DNA from: Gammaproteobacteria bacterium
Lineage (GTDB): Bacteria > Pseudomonadota > Gammaproteobacteria > JAIEPX01
DNA: 64,000 nt
Assembly (NCBI GenBank): GCA_019748175.1
Contig: JAIEPX010000020.1
Coordinates: 5,392-69,391, forward strand
Direction of reading: 5' to 3'
Shown here in pieces: positions 9,730-19,631 of this stretch. Both the position numbers and the translations under genes were made by a program. Position 1 is the stretch's first letter; each line of letters starts with the position of its first letter. A model generated the notes under the pieces. The model did no database searches and was not told the origin of the DNA. It saw only the letters and a list, made by a program, of their open reading frames with translations.

Positions 9730-10463
9730 ACACACTGAAGGAAAAGTGCAAAATACTAAAAGATAAGTTCGATATAGATTATTTTTGCTTAACAATGATA
9801 GATGATGATAATAGATCAATCATATCAAATATAGACGAGTTTGATGAGGTATATATTAGCGAAAAAATATTCAATTATGCTCCAGTATTTCAGCTGGAAA
9901 ATTCACAGGATGATATCTATTACATTTGGGACCTAAAATTTGATTATGAGGCTTTTAACATTCTTTCTAAGATTTATGGTGTGAAATGTGGAATAGGAAT
10001 ACATTCCAAAATTTTGAGCTCTAATCATGTGTATTACTTTTTCTCAAATAGCGATGTACCCATTAAGTATTTATATTTATTACATATGAATGGTGTATTT
10101 TATAGATTTGTCAATTATATTTTAGAAGAAATTGATGATAATAACCTTCGATTTGGCAAGCTAAAAATATCGCCCGATCATAATATAGAGGATGGTGTTT
10201 CGATAGCCGTTGATAGCAGCGCACTAAATAACGGTCTTGGCGAAAAGTTTTCTTTTCAAACATCTACTGGGAGCATCATATTAACTCAAAGCGAGCTTGA
10301 TATATTACGTCAGTATATTAAGGGATTATCAGCAAAGGAGATTTCAAGAGTTGTAAATAAATCTTATAGAACTGTTGAGGGCTATATTTCTCGATCTATG
10401 AGAAAATTGATGTGTGATTCAAAAAATCAGTTAATAATTAACTATTCAAGATATTTACTATGA
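9726..10463 (+). CDS. LuxR-family transcriptional regulator, paralogue of 5809..6633 in architecture
   Basis: C-terminal LTQSELDILRQYIKGLSAKEISRVVNKSYRTVEGYISRSMRKL is a LuxR-type HTH. Start overlaps the stop of the upstream gene by 4 nt (ATGA), suggesting translational coupling to the A-T-R enzyme. Confidence 0.65.
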   Translation: MNTLKEKCKILKDKFDIDYFCLTMIDDDNRSIISNIDEFDEVYISEKIFNYAPVFQLENSQDDIYYIWDLKFDYEAFNILSKIYGVKCGIGIHSKILSSNHVYYFFSNSDVPIKYLYLLHMNGVFYRFVNYILEEIDDNNLRFGKLKISPDHNIEDGVSIAVDSSALNNGLGEKFSFQTSTGSIILTQSELDILRQYIKGLSAKEISRVVNKSYRTVEGYISRSMRKLMCDSKNQLIINYSRYLL

Positions 10464-10540
10464 TGGTTATCGGTTCATGGAAAAAATATATCTAAGGTTG
10501 AATTGTATCATTTCTAAATTTTCGAAAAAGGCAAGTTTTT

Positions 10541-11383
10541 ATGTGTCAGCTGATTGGAATTGGATTGAGGCACCCACATATCCGGCAAGTGCTGGAGGAA
10601 TTACCGTCTGTGGGATGGTGGGAAATTCACAGTGAGAATTTTTTCCAGGCAGGCGGCCCTTCTTTAGAAAATTTACTTTCCATTCGAGAGCATTACCGAT
10701 TAAGTCTACATGGGGTAGGGCTTTCATTAGGTTCGTCATCTGGGATTGATGAGCAGCATTTGAGTCGATTGAAAAATCTCATTCAGCAGTTAAACCCATT
10801 TCTTGTTTCAGAACATCTTTCGTGGAGTAGAGTAGGAAATCTTTTTTTACCTGATTTGCTTCCGATTCCTTATACAAAAGAGAGCTTGGAAGTTATTGCT
10901 CGTAATATAGATCAAGTTCAAAGTTATTTGGGTCGAGAAATATTAATAGAGAATCCGTCTTCATATCTTGAATTTGCATCATCAGAAATGGAGGAGGAGA
11001 GTTTTTTGATCACGTTGTGCCAGAAAACGGGTGCAAAAATTTTGTTGGATGTGAATAATATTTTTGTCTCTTGCTCAAATCATGGATGGGATATGAATAA
11101 GTATATCGATTCCGTGCCCCCTGATTTAGTGAGAGAAGTTCATTTGGCGGGCCATTCTATTAAATCCATAACACCAGATCAGAAGATACATATAGACACT
11201 CACGATACAACAGTTGATGGAGCAGTTTGGGCGCTATATGGTTATGCAATATCAAAATTTGGCGCTAAGCCAACATTATTAGAGTGGGATGCACAGATTC
11301 CATCGCTTGACACATTAATAAAAGAATCGAGGAAAGCATTGGATTATCTGCCACAGGAGGTAATGGCAATTGAAAACACTTGA
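10541..11383 (+). CDS. DUF692 family protein (MbnB/TglH/HvfB-like TIM-barrel multinuclear-iron peptide-modifying enzyme family)
   Basis: Characteristic N-terminus GIGLRHPHIRQVLEELPSVGWWEIHSENFF. Length 280 aa. Immediately followed by an overlapping DUF2063 partner. Confidence 0.8.
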   Translation: MCQLIGIGLRHPHIRQVLEELPSVGWWEIHSENFFQAGGPSLENLLSIREHYRLSLHGVGLSLGSSSGIDEQHLSRLKNLIQQLNPFLVSEHLSWSRVGNLFLPDLLPIPYTKESLEVIARNIDQVQSYLGREILIENPSSYLEFASSEMEEESFLITLCQKTGAKILLDVNNIFVSCSNHGWDMNKYIDSVPPDLVREVHLAGHSIKSITPDQKIHIDTHDTTVDGAVWALYGYAISKFGAKPTLLEWDAQIPSLDTLIKESRKALDYLPQEVMAIENT

Positions 11384-12134
11384 GCAGATACAAAAAGATT
11401 TTTGCGATGCGATTCTGCACCAGAAATCCAGTGATTATCATTTTATTTCTTCATCGAATCCTATGGATCGTGTATCTATTTATAAAAACACGATTTTTGA
11501 TGCTCTTCGAAAAGCGCTGGCGGTAACCTTCCCAGGTGTTTGGATCTTATTAGGAGAAGAATGCGCCGATAATCTTGCAAGAGCATTTTGCAGTATCGAT
11601 GCTAATTTGCCTTTTTCAGGTTGTTTAGATGATTGGGGTGCTCAATTTCCTGATTTTATCTATCAACAAGAATCGCTTAAAAATTTATCGTATCTAAAAG
11701 ACTTTGCAGAATATGAATGGCTTAAACATTTATCATACAGCGCAGCATCTGTTATGATGCTCGAGTCAGATGCATTAGTTAGTATTGCGGAAGAAAATGT
11801 TGAAGCACTTGCATTCACTTTGCACCCATCTGTTTTTACAATGATGAGCCCATTTGCTCTCGATGAAATAGTCGACATAATAGAAAATCCTGACAACGCC
11901 ACTGTCAATTCTATTTCTAAGAAAACATACGCCCTAGTCGCCCGCCCGTATAATACCGTATTGACGTTTTGGGAGGGTGCTGATTTGTGGTTATTTATTG
12001 ATACTCTATTGAAAGGAAAAAGTTTGGGAGAATCCTTTCAAGCAGTAAAAAATGAGTTCCAGGATTTTGACTTAACTAATGCCGTACATTTTTTGCTGCA
12101 GCAGAAACTTTTAATCTCTATTGAATATAATTAA
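11370..12134 (+). CDS. DUF2063 family protein (partner subunit of DUF692 enzymes; putative DNA-binding-like fold)
   Basis: N-terminal Q..F..A(I)L...............RVSIYKNTIFDALRKALAVTFPGVW..LGEE.F..LARAF matches the DUF2063 signature. Overlaps the DUF692 gene by 14 nt. Confidence 0.7.
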   Translation: MKTLEQIQKDFCDAILHQKSSDYHFISSSNPMDRVSIYKNTIFDALRKALAVTFPGVWILLGEECADNLARAFCSIDANLPFSGCLDDWGAQFPDFIYQQESLKNLSYLKDFAEYEWLKHLSYSAASVMMLESDALVSIAEENVEALAFTLHPSVFTMMSPFALDEIVDIIENPDNATVNSISKKTYALVARPYNTVLTFWEGADLWLFIDTLLKGKSLGESFQAVKNEFQDFDLTNAVHFLLQQKLLISIEYN

Positions 12135-12626
12135 TTTATTTTTTGCATCAAGTTCTATTCTATCTCCAACTTTAATGTGTTGTTTGTTAAACCATCCAAC
12201 ATTAACTTCCAAAGCGTAAGGATATTCGCCCTTAGAGGCAGTGCTATGTTCGCGGAAAAAAGTTTTTTCAGGGCCCCAGTGCCAGTATTTGTCGATGTCA
12301 GAAAGCTTTTTCACGGGACGGTTGGGGTCCATTTTTTCAGGATAGGCCTTCATGTCGTAGATTTCTCTAATAGTAAAATTACTGTCGATGTAGGCTAAAG
12401 ATAAGTCGATGAAAGTATTGAACATCCAAAAATTTAATTTTTGAGCAGGATGGTAAATAAATAGCATTCCACTATTTTCAGGCAGAGAAGTTCTTCCCAT
12501 TAATCCCCATTCTCTTTCCGCAGAAGTTGCCGCCAATTCCACAGATAGGACTATTTTTTCCTCAGCGTAAGTAGCTATTGAGAGAAAAAAGAAAATCGTA
12601 AATAAAATTCGAGACACTGATTTCAC
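12111..12626 (-). CDS. DUF192 (COG1430) secreted protein
   Basis: Signal peptide MKSVSRILFTIFFFLSIATYA. Core SGMLFIYHPAQKLNFWMFNTFIDLSLAYID resembles DUF192. Lies 24 nt downstream of the PaaK-like gene in the same orientation. Confidence 0.45.
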   Translation of the reverse strand: MKSVSRILFTIFFFLSIATYAEEKIVLSVELAATSAEREWGLMGRTSLPENSGMLFIYHPAQKLNFWMFNTFIDLSLAYIDSNFTIREIYDMKAYPEKMDPNRPVKKLSDIDKYWHWGPEKTFFREHSTASKGEYPYALEVNVGWFNKQHIKVGDRIELDAKNKLIIFNRD

Positions 12627-12650
12627 CCTCTTATAAAATCTCCATAAATA

Positions 12651-13997
12651 TTATATTGAATTTAGTTTTGAGTCAAATGGTGTTAAGGATACAAATTCTT
12701 CGAATTTTCCGTTGGGTTGTCGAGGGATGTCGCTGTGAAATGTGAGTTCGATATCGAAAGGATAACCGAGATTTTTTTTGATTAGCTTTGAGTAACGATT
12801 TTTTTGGTCTGGTGTTAATGGGTTGTCCACAACAAGTTTGCATTCTATTTTTTTCAGATCATGCTGAATCATTTGGAATTTCTTTACAGCTTTGGTGATA
12901 TGACGATATTCTTCTCTTTCGCCAAGGTATGGAAATCGACTTTCGCCGTTAGGAAAAATAATGCGATTGCGTTTACGACCGCATATTTTTTTTATTGTAG
13001 GTAGAGCATCACGTCCACAAGGACAGGCGGTGTCCAGTTGGGCGTAGTCTCCAATGTCGTAACGAAGCAATGGTGTGGCGAAATTATGCAAACTAGTTAA
13101 TATTATGCGACCTTCTTCGCCTAATGCACTTGGTTTATCGTCATCATTTAAAATTTCTATGATGACATTTTCTGATTGTACATGATAATTATGGTATTCT
13201 GGACATTGAATTGCAATTATTCCAAATTCTTCAGAACTGTAAATATCCGTGAATTTAACAGGGTAGTTTTTTGACATTGAGATAAGTTCTGGATCTACGG
13301 TTTCTCCTAAACTTCGAATTTCTAGAAGATTTTGCAGTAGAATTTTTTGATCGATAATTTCTTGCAATACAATTTTAAGTTGCGATGGATAACTTAAAAG
13401 ATAATGAGGATTGATCATTTGAAGCCATTTGAGCTGGCTTTGTGTAGATGAAGCAATATTGAGAAAAAAGCCGGCACCAGTATTGATGATCCCTTCTGTT
13501 ACACTTCCCCAGTGTTTGTTGGTTTCGCCCAGTGGTGGTAGCGCTTCATTGCGTTTTGCCCAACGAATGGCGGCCAAAGTTTTGCTAAAGTCGCGTTGAT
13601 GCCACAAATGTTCTCGCATGGAGAGAGCTTGCCAGTAACAGGTGGTGTCAAAAGTCCCAATTAATCGTACAGCAACGCCCGTTGAACCCGATGTTACGAT
13701 CGGATAAGTGAAATCGTCAGCTTGCAGGGCAGTACTTTTTAAGGTGGTGTCTTGACCCGATTGCAGTTGTTGACGTGATAAAATCGGGAGCGACGACAAA
13801 AATTCTTGAGTGAGTGGTTGTGAAGGTTGGTAATTAGAATGTTCAAGATATTCTCGGTAAAAAGGCACAGTATTAAATGTGTGGGTAATAATTTGTTCTA
13901 GTCGAGTGAGCTGCCGAGTCCGCATGTAATCTGGTGAATACCACTGTGATTTCTCGAGAGATTCGATAATGTTTTTTACAACAGTTGTTTTATCCAT
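12651..13997 (-). CDS. Phenylacetate-CoA ligase (PaaK)/coenzyme F390 synthetase-like adenylate-forming enzyme
   Basis: Motif VTSGSTGVAVRL (TSGSTG). Length 448 aa and overall PaaK-like layout. Confidence 0.7.
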   Translation of the reverse strand: MDKTTVVKNIIESLEKSQWYSPDYMRTRQLTRLEQIITHTFNTVPFYREYLEHSNYQPSQPLTQEFLSSLPILSRQQLQSGQDTTLKSTALQADDFTYPIVTSGSTGVAVRLIGTFDTTCYWQALSMREHLWHQRDFSKTLAAIRWAKRNEALPPLGETNKHWGSVTEGIINTGAGFFLNIASSTQSQLKWLQMINPHYLLSYPSQLKIVLQEIIDQKILLQNLLEIRSLGETVDPELISMSKNYPVKFTDIYSSEEFGIIAIQCPEYHNYHVQSENVIIEILNDDDKPSALGEEGRIILTSLHNFATPLLRYDIGDYAQLDTACPCGRDALPTIKKICGRKRNRIIFPNGESRFPYLGEREEYRHITKAVKKFQMIQHDLKKIECKLVVDNPLTPDQKNRYSKLIKKNLGYPFDIELTFHSDIPRQPNGKFEEFVSLTPFDSKLNSI

Positions 13998-14010
13998 AGG
14001 TTAATTTATC

Positions 14011-15210
14011 TTACTGTGAATTTTGTATCATTAATCGAGTGATATATCTCAAGCTTGTAATGTTCCCCCATGCAGTTTGATTTGGAACTAATTTTGCTTC
14101 AGGTAAAATTTTAATAAATTGCTGTAGGGCAATCTCAGTTTCAAGTCTTCCAAGTACAGAGCCTAAACAAGTGTGTATCCCTTTTCCAAAGGCTAAATTT
14201 AATTGTTCTCTTTTTATATTGAGGCGATGAGGATCGTCAAAAATTTCAGGGTCTCGATTGGCAGCATTTAAAAGAGGCACAACGAGGGTATTTTCAGGTA
14301 TTTCAGTTTCATTAATGGTCACTGGGGCTGTGGTCCAACGAGATAACTTATTGAAAGGGGTTTCATAGCGTAAACATTCTTCTACAGCTTGAGTTATGAG
14401 GTTGGGGTGATTTTTTAATAATTCGATTTGATCAGGATGACGTAAAAGACTATAGATTGATAAACTGATAGCCAGTCGGGTGGTTTCATGTGCCGAAAAT
14501 ACTATAAAGGTTGTTGCGTCTGCTATTTGAGTATCATTTAGAGGCTCTTCCATTAAAGCATTATTTTCTATCACGTAGGATAAAAAGTTACTTTGAGGAT
14601 TATTTTTATAATCCGCTAGATAGTCGTGAAAAAATTGTCTTAAAGTAGGAAGTAATGTTTGTATGCTATAAACCTTATCAGATGAGCCGGTATCCAGATT
14701 TTGAGTAATGGTATCAGAATATAATTTAATAAATTGATTTTCGTGTGGCGGTAATCCACTAAGATCGCATACTACAGCCAAGCTGAGAGGCCCAGCGAAT
14801 TCAGATACAATATCAAATTGATCACGTTTTTTTAGTGACTGTAGTAAATGTTCAGATAAGGCTGAAATTGTATCAGCACGGGCACGAATAAATTTAGGAT
14901 TGATGGCTTTAGCGAAAAATTGGCGCATTTGGGTGTGTTTTGGCGGGTCTTGAAATATTAGCCAGTTCATCAAAAAGGCATCCATATCATTCTCACGTAA
15001 TTGCTCTTGAGTGAGTGTCTTGAAATGATGCGGTGGTCTTCGTGAGGTGTTTTTATTCGTTAATAAAGCAACCACGTCTTGGTATTTGGTTAGATAAATA
15101 ACACCGCTGTCATCTTGGTAAACAGGTTCTTTTTCTTGAATAAGTTGATAAGTGGGGTAAGGGTCGGCGATAAAATCAGGGTCATAAAAATCAAGTTTAA
15201 TTTTTTGCAT
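14011..15210 (-). CDS. Cytochrome P450
   Basis: Heme-thiolate loop FGKGIHTCLGSVLGRLE (FxxGxxxCxG). ExxR in ETPFNKLSRW region. I-helix-like FSAHETT. 399 aa. Confidence 0.85.
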   Translation of the reverse strand: MQKIKLDFYDPDFIADPYPTYQLIQEKEPVYQDDSGVIYLTKYQDVVALLTNKNTSRRPPHHFKTLTQEQLRENDMDAFLMNWLIFQDPPKHTQMRQFFAKAINPKFIRARADTISALSEHLLQSLKKRDQFDIVSEFAGPLSLAVVCDLSGLPPHENQFIKLYSDTITQNLDTGSSDKVYSIQTLLPTLRQFFHDYLADYKNNPQSNFLSYVIENNALMEEPLNDTQIADATTFIVFSAHETTRLAISLSIYSLLRHPDQIELLKNHPNLITQAVEECLRYETPFNKLSRWTTAPVTINETEIPENTLVVPLLNAANRDPEIFDDPHRLNIKREQLNLAFGKGIHTCLGSVLGRLETEIALQQFIKILPEAKLVPNQTAWGNITSLRYITRLMIQNSQ

Positions 15211-15888
15211 TTATTTTTTTCCTGGTGCGTCATTGGTGATATCATGAACGACGATAGCGGAATAGCTTAGGCTGTCTGAGTGCTCATAATAATTTTCAAT
15301 GATGTGACGTTGATCAGGAACATGAAAATGAATGCGACGATATTTTTCTAGTAGGGGATCTATGAGGCGTTTGCCAATGCGTATTTGAGCATAGTCTTGT
15401 GCAGATATAGCGCCGTTTTGTTTAATGTAGTTAGCGTAACCAGGTAAAATTGCACCCGCAATAATATAGTTAAGTTTTAATTTTTGTGCCAGCGCTAATA
15501 AATGAGGATATGGAGCTCCAAACAAATTATGTTGTTGGAAGGACTGTTCCACTACACCTGAAACAATATAGAGCGCGTTAGCATTTTGTGGTGGTTCCTG
15601 GTCGGCAAGAAAACCATTGTTGGTGATGTGATCCCAGCTACTGAAATTACTGAGGTTTTCGGAATTATAATGAACACAACATGTGCTGATAATATACGCC
15701 AATTGATTGTCAACGTAAGTTAAAAAAAATCCCTGCTCAAACTTTTCTATGCGTGATCGCATTTTTTCGATAGAGGCATGATGTTTGGGGTCTAGTGAAA
15801 AACTTTTTTCTACTTGCATGATTTCATTGAGATCTTCGAGTTTTGCCGTTCTTGTGTAAATATTATTTTTTGACATTGAATTACTCAA
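15211..15888 (-). CDS. GNAT-like N-acyltransferase (tentative)
   Basis: N-terminal AKLEDLNEIMQVEKSF is typical of GNAT proteins. No strong Q/RxxGxG/A motif identified. Its stop abuts the P450 start codon with 0 nt gap. Confidence 0.3.
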   Translation of the reverse strand: MSNSMSKNNIYTRTAKLEDLNEIMQVEKSFSLDPKHHASIEKMRSRIEKFEQGFFLTYVDNQLAYIISTCCVHYNSENLSNFSSWDHITNNGFLADQEPPQNANALYIVSGVVEQSFQQHNLFGAPYPHLLALAQKLKLNYIIAGAILPGYANYIKQNGAISAQDYAQIRIGKRLIDPLLEKYRRIHFHVPDQRHIIENYYEHSDSLSYSAIVVHDITNDAPGKK

Positions 15889-15939
15889 TTATTTATTTTA
15901 GAGGGGGCATATAAAATATGCCCCTCGATAGGCGATTTA

Positions 15940-16716
15940 TTAAAATGTGTAGACTAAACCAATTTTGAATACGTTGGTATCGACTCGAAGTTTGCGATGC
16001 TTAATGAAGTTTTGGAAATTATCGTTTCCATTTGATGGGTTTCCTTCGACGCCGTCAGATAAATGTTTGCTGCCGTAATAAGTATATTGGTAAGAAGTGA
16101 ATAACCCAAAGTGATTACACAGTTGTTTATGCGCCCCAGCACCTAACACAAACCCGTATACATCTTTGCTATCATTAAATGTCAATGGACTCGATCCAGC
16201 TAATGCAGGAACAAGATTTTTAAGTTTGGTTTTTAATTTCGCTGTCGAAACGCCAAGAATTCCGTACAGTTCAGCTGAGTCGGAGATCAGTACACCTGGT
16301 TTAAATGTGAGATCAACTGTATATCTTATCTTCCAACTTTCTTGGAAATTAATAAGATCAGGTAACCCAGCATCTGGTGTGAAATTCCAGAAGGTTTGAT
16401 TAGCAGTATTTGAGAATGCATTACCGCTCAATTCTATTCCGTATACATATTCACGATCAGCATAGAAATTCCAGCCTAGTGATATTCCACCATTGTAACC
16501 TCGGGCGCTGTCTTCATCGCGATACCGAGTGGTTGAACTCACTGGATTTATAAAATTCACTCCCGTGATTAATTCGCTATTTGTTTGTCCTGTAACGAAT
16601 GAAGCGCCAGAATTGAGGCCAATGTAGAAACCTTTGTGGAAATCTTGAGCTAAAGCGGTACCGGATGATAATGCAAAAAGAACAGATGTGGCTATCTTAG
16701 CCTGATTCATGGACAT
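15940..16716 (-). CDS. Outer-membrane beta-barrel protein (OmpA-like/porin-like small barrel)
   Basis: Start reassigned to internal ATG (MSMNQAKIATSVLFALSSGTALA is a signal peptide) with AAGGAG RBS 5 nt upstream. Alternating amphipathic beta-strands. C-terminal ...KIGLVYTF with terminal Phe is typical of OM barrels. Confidence 0.55.
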   Translation of the reverse strand: MSMNQAKIATSVLFALSSGTALAQDFHKGFYIGLNSGASFVTGQTNSELITGVNFINPVSSTTRYRDEDSARGYNGGISLGWNFYADREYVYGIELSGNAFSNTANQTFWNFTPDAGLPDLINFQESWKIRYTVDLTFKPGVLISDSAELYGILGVSTAKLKTKLKNLVPALAGSSPLTFNDSKDVYGFVLGAGAHKQLCNHFGLFTSYQYTYYGSKHLSDGVEGNPSNGNDNFQNFIKHRKLRVDTNVFKIGLVYTF

Positions 16717-16824
16717 ATTAACTCCTTTTAACATGAATAGTGAACAATGTTGGGCTAAAATATTCAATGTCGTGAACATTGTCAAGGGTATTATTAAATT
16801 ATAATATCAAATTTGCAAAACCTC

Positions 16825-17259
16825 TCACAACTCAAGACGCGACGCCTGAGATTGTAACCAGCTTTCTAGGATGAGTTTGGCAGAATAGCTGTCGATAGCG
16901 GTTTTGTCGAGGGCCTTATAGCCTGATAAGTCAAATAATTGTTGTTTGGCTTCAACTGTGGTGAGGCGTTCGTCAACGCGATGCACGGGTAATTTGAATT
17001 GGGCCTCTAGTCGATTGCCGAATTTTTTTGCTGCGGCTGTGATGGGCTGTTCAGTGCCATCCATATTGAGTGGAATTCCGATGACCAGTGCTCGAGCGTT
17101 CCAGGTGGTGATAATTTTTGCAATTTCATCCCATTTGGGGATGCCATTTATGGCTTTTAGGCTAGTAAGAGGATTTGCAGTGCGTGTGATTGTTTGCCCT
17201 ACCGCTACACCAATGTGTTTCATGCCAAAATCAAAACCAAGCACTGTAATATTGGACAA
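16825..17259 (-). CDS. ruvX: Holliday-junction resolvase-like nuclease YqgF/RuvX
   Basis: N-terminus VLGFDFGMKHIGVAVGQ (RNase H-fold YqgF signature). 144 aa. Confidence 0.85.
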   Translation of the reverse strand: MSNITVLGFDFGMKHIGVAVGQTITRTANPLTSLKAINGIPKWDEIAKIITTWNARALVIGIPLNMDGTEQPITAAAKKFGNRLEAQFKLPVHRVDERLTTVEAKQQLFDLSGYKALDKTAIDSYSAKLILESWLQSQASRLEL

Positions 17260-17284
17260 AATGAGATCCTATGTCGCTTGGAAT

Positions 17285-17854
17285 TTATGCATGACCGGCT
17301 TCAGAAACAAAACGGCTGAATTCTAATCCAATTGAGGCTGCTGCTGCGTTCCAGCGATCTTCATAGGGGACTTCAAACAAAATTTTGATATCTAAAGGTG
17401 CAACAAGCCAAGAGTTTTCTTTGATTTCGTCCCATAATTGCCCTTTGCTCCAGCCTGCATAGCCTAAAGTGATGAGCATGTTGCTGAAAGACGCTTGAGG
17501 AAAAGTAATGAGATCTTGTTTTGAAGCAGAAATGATGAGGTTGTTAGCTGGGTCTGTGAGAAGTCCTTGTCCCAGAATTTTTTCTCGGTGAATAATGAAA
17601 CCATGTTCGGGTGCTACAGGGCCACCACGAAGAACGGGATAATTGTTGAAGTCAGGATTATCAGCGGGAATTTCGAGATGCTCCAGAATACTGGCCAAGG
17701 TAATTTCCATTGGTTTATTGATCACAATCCCCATGGATCCATTGTCGTTGTCTTCAAAGATATAAGCGACTGATTTTGAAAATATCGAATCGTCCAAATC
17801 TGGCGTTTTTATGAGAAGTTTGTTTTTAAGCGATTCTGCTGGTTTCTTACTCAT
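17285..17854 (-). CDS. yqgE: YqgE/AlgH family protein
   Basis: Conserved gene order yqgE-ruvX. Start trimmed to MSKKPAES. About 190 aa, family-typical. Confidence 0.7.
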   Translation of the reverse strand: MSKKPAESLKNKLLIKTPDLDDSIFSKSVAYIFEDNDNGSMGIVINKPMEITLASILEHLEIPADNPDFNNYPVLRGGPVAPEHGFIIHREKILGQGLLTDPANNLIISASKQDLITFPQASFSNMLITLGYAGWSKGQLWDEIKENSWLVAPLDIKILFEVPYEDRWNAAAASIGLEFSRFVSEAGHA

Positions 17855-18013
17855 GGCAGGACTCTCTGAGGGTGAATTTGGATCGATTATACACGTGTTT
17901 GCCCAGAATCTCAAAATGTTTAAATTGCCTGTATTGCTCTACGAGATTGAGATATCGGGGTAGTTCTGAGATAATCATTGTTTTATCAAAAGTGACCGCC
18001 AGAGGAGAGTAAA

Positions 18014-19567
18014 ATGAGAGAATTATCAGCACCCACTGTATACAAAGATTTATCGGTGGCGGAATTGGGTGAATTGGCGTTAAAACTGGGTGAAGTATCG
18101 CCTTGTCTTAATGGGGCGTACGTCGCAACAACGGGCAGCCGTACGGGACGTTCGCCAAAAGACCGCTATTTGGTCAAGGATTCCCTGACGGAAAACACAG
18201 TAGATTGGGGTGAAATCAATCAACCCATTGACCCTGCCCTTTTTGCAAAATTATGGTCGCGCGTGACGGAATATCTTGAAGATAAAGATACGTTTGAATC
18301 GAATTTGTCAGTGGGGTCAGATCATCGTTATTCATTACCTATTAAAGTGATTACCGAATATGCATGGCATGCAATATTTGCTCAACATATGTTCATTCGA
18401 GCTCAAGAAAGAGAAAGCATTGAACATCCACAATGGACAATTCTCAGTGCGCCTGGATTTAGTACAGATCCAGCGCGTGATGGTGTGAGAAGTGAAGCTT
18501 CTTTAATTATTAATTTTACTGAGCGGAAAGTTTTGTTAGCAGGTCTTCGTTATGCCGGTGAAATGAAAAAAGCCATGTTTTCTGTGATGAATTTTTTGTT
18601 GCCACCTAAAGGTGTTCTTCCTATGCACTGTGCTGCGAATGTTGGCCAAGACGGTGATGTGGCGTTGTTTTTTGGATTATCTGGAACGGGGAAAACGACG
18701 TTATCTGCTGACCCAGATCGTTTTTTAATTGGTGACGACGAGCACGGCTGGAGTGAAAATGGAGTATTCAATTTCGAAGGTGGTTGCTACGCCAAGTGTA
18801 TTAATTTGTCACAAGAGAGAGAGCCGTTAATTTGGGATGCTATTCGTGATGGCGCCATCATGGAAAATGTCGTATTAAAAGATGATGGTCAACCTGATTA
18901 TGCAGATGATCGATATACTCAAAATAGTCGGGCAGCTTATCCACTTGAGCATATTGAAAAACGTGTGATTGCAAATCAAGCGGGTGAGCCAACGGCAGTG
19001 ATTTTTTTAACGTGCGATCTTTACGGCGTGTTGCCTCCCATTTCGCTCTTGAGTAAAGAGCAAGCCGCTTATCACTTTTTGAGTGGGTACACCGCATTGG
19101 TTGGAAGTACTGAAGTGGGCAGCACAGCAGCAATTAAAGAAACGTTCAGTCGATGTTTTGGGGCGCCTTTCTTTCCGCGACCAGCTAGCGTTTACGCTGA
19201 ATTGTTGATGCATCGCCTTGATCAGAGCGGTGCTCAGGTATATTTAATTAATACCGGCTGGTCTCGCGGTGGTTATGGAAAAGGTGGAGAGCGTTTTTCA
19301 ATTCCAACAACTCGTGCCGTTGTGAGTGCAGCAGTGAGTGGTGAATTAAAGATAGAAGACACGGTTTTGTTGCCGGGTTTTAATTTGCGAATTCCTACAT
19401 CGGTGAAGGGAGTGGATCCAGATTTGTTGAATCCTTCATTAAATTGGAAAGATCAAAATGAATATCAGCAAAATTTGCAAGAGTTGATTAATCGGTTTGT
19501 GGGGAATTTCAAAAAGTTCACCGTTTCTGAAGCGATTTTAAAAGCGGGGCCAGTTATTTCAGAATAA
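18014..19567 (+). CDS. pckA: Phosphoenolpyruvate carboxykinase (ATP)
   Basis: Kinase-1a motif [13 protein letters not shown]. 517 aa. PckA-typical HCAAN region ([10 protein letters not shown]). Confidence 0.9.
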   Translation: MRELSAPTVYKDLSVAELGELALKLGEVSPCLNGAYVATTGSRTGRSPKDRYLVKDSLTENTVDWGEINQPIDPALFAKLWSRVTEYLEDKDTFESNLSVGSDHRYSLPIKVITEYAWHAIFAQHMFIRAQERESIEHPQWTILSAPGFSTDPARDGVRSEASLIINFTERKVLLAGLRYAGEMKKAMFSVMNFLLPPKGVLPMHCAANVGQDGDVALFFGLSGTGKTTLSADPDRFLIGDDEHGWSENGVFNFEGGCYAKCINLSQEREPLIWDAIRDGAIMENVVLKDDGQPDYADDRYTQNSRAAYPLEHIEKRVIANQAGEPTAVIFLTCDLYGVLPPISLLSKEQAAYHFLSGYTALVGSTEVGSTAAIKETFSRCFGAPFFPRPASVYAELLMHRLDQSGAQVYLINTGWSRGGYGKGGERFSIPTTRAVVSAAVSGELKIEDTVLLPGFNLRIPTSVKGVDPDLLNPSLNWKDQNEYQQNLQELINRFVGNFKKFTVSEAILKAGPVISE

Positions 19568-19631
19568 TGTGTGTGGCAAAGAAGCTGGTTTTTTGTTGGT
19601 AGATTTAAAGATTTTTTATAGAGGATAAGTT

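Noticed and set aside
10463-10495. 10-codon ORF (MVIGSWKKYI) between the LuxR gene and the DUF692 gene, considered as a possible RiPP precursor
   Set aside because: Too short, no Cys, no leader/core organisation and no RBS. Known DUF692 substrates are Cys-containing peptides of at least 25 aa.
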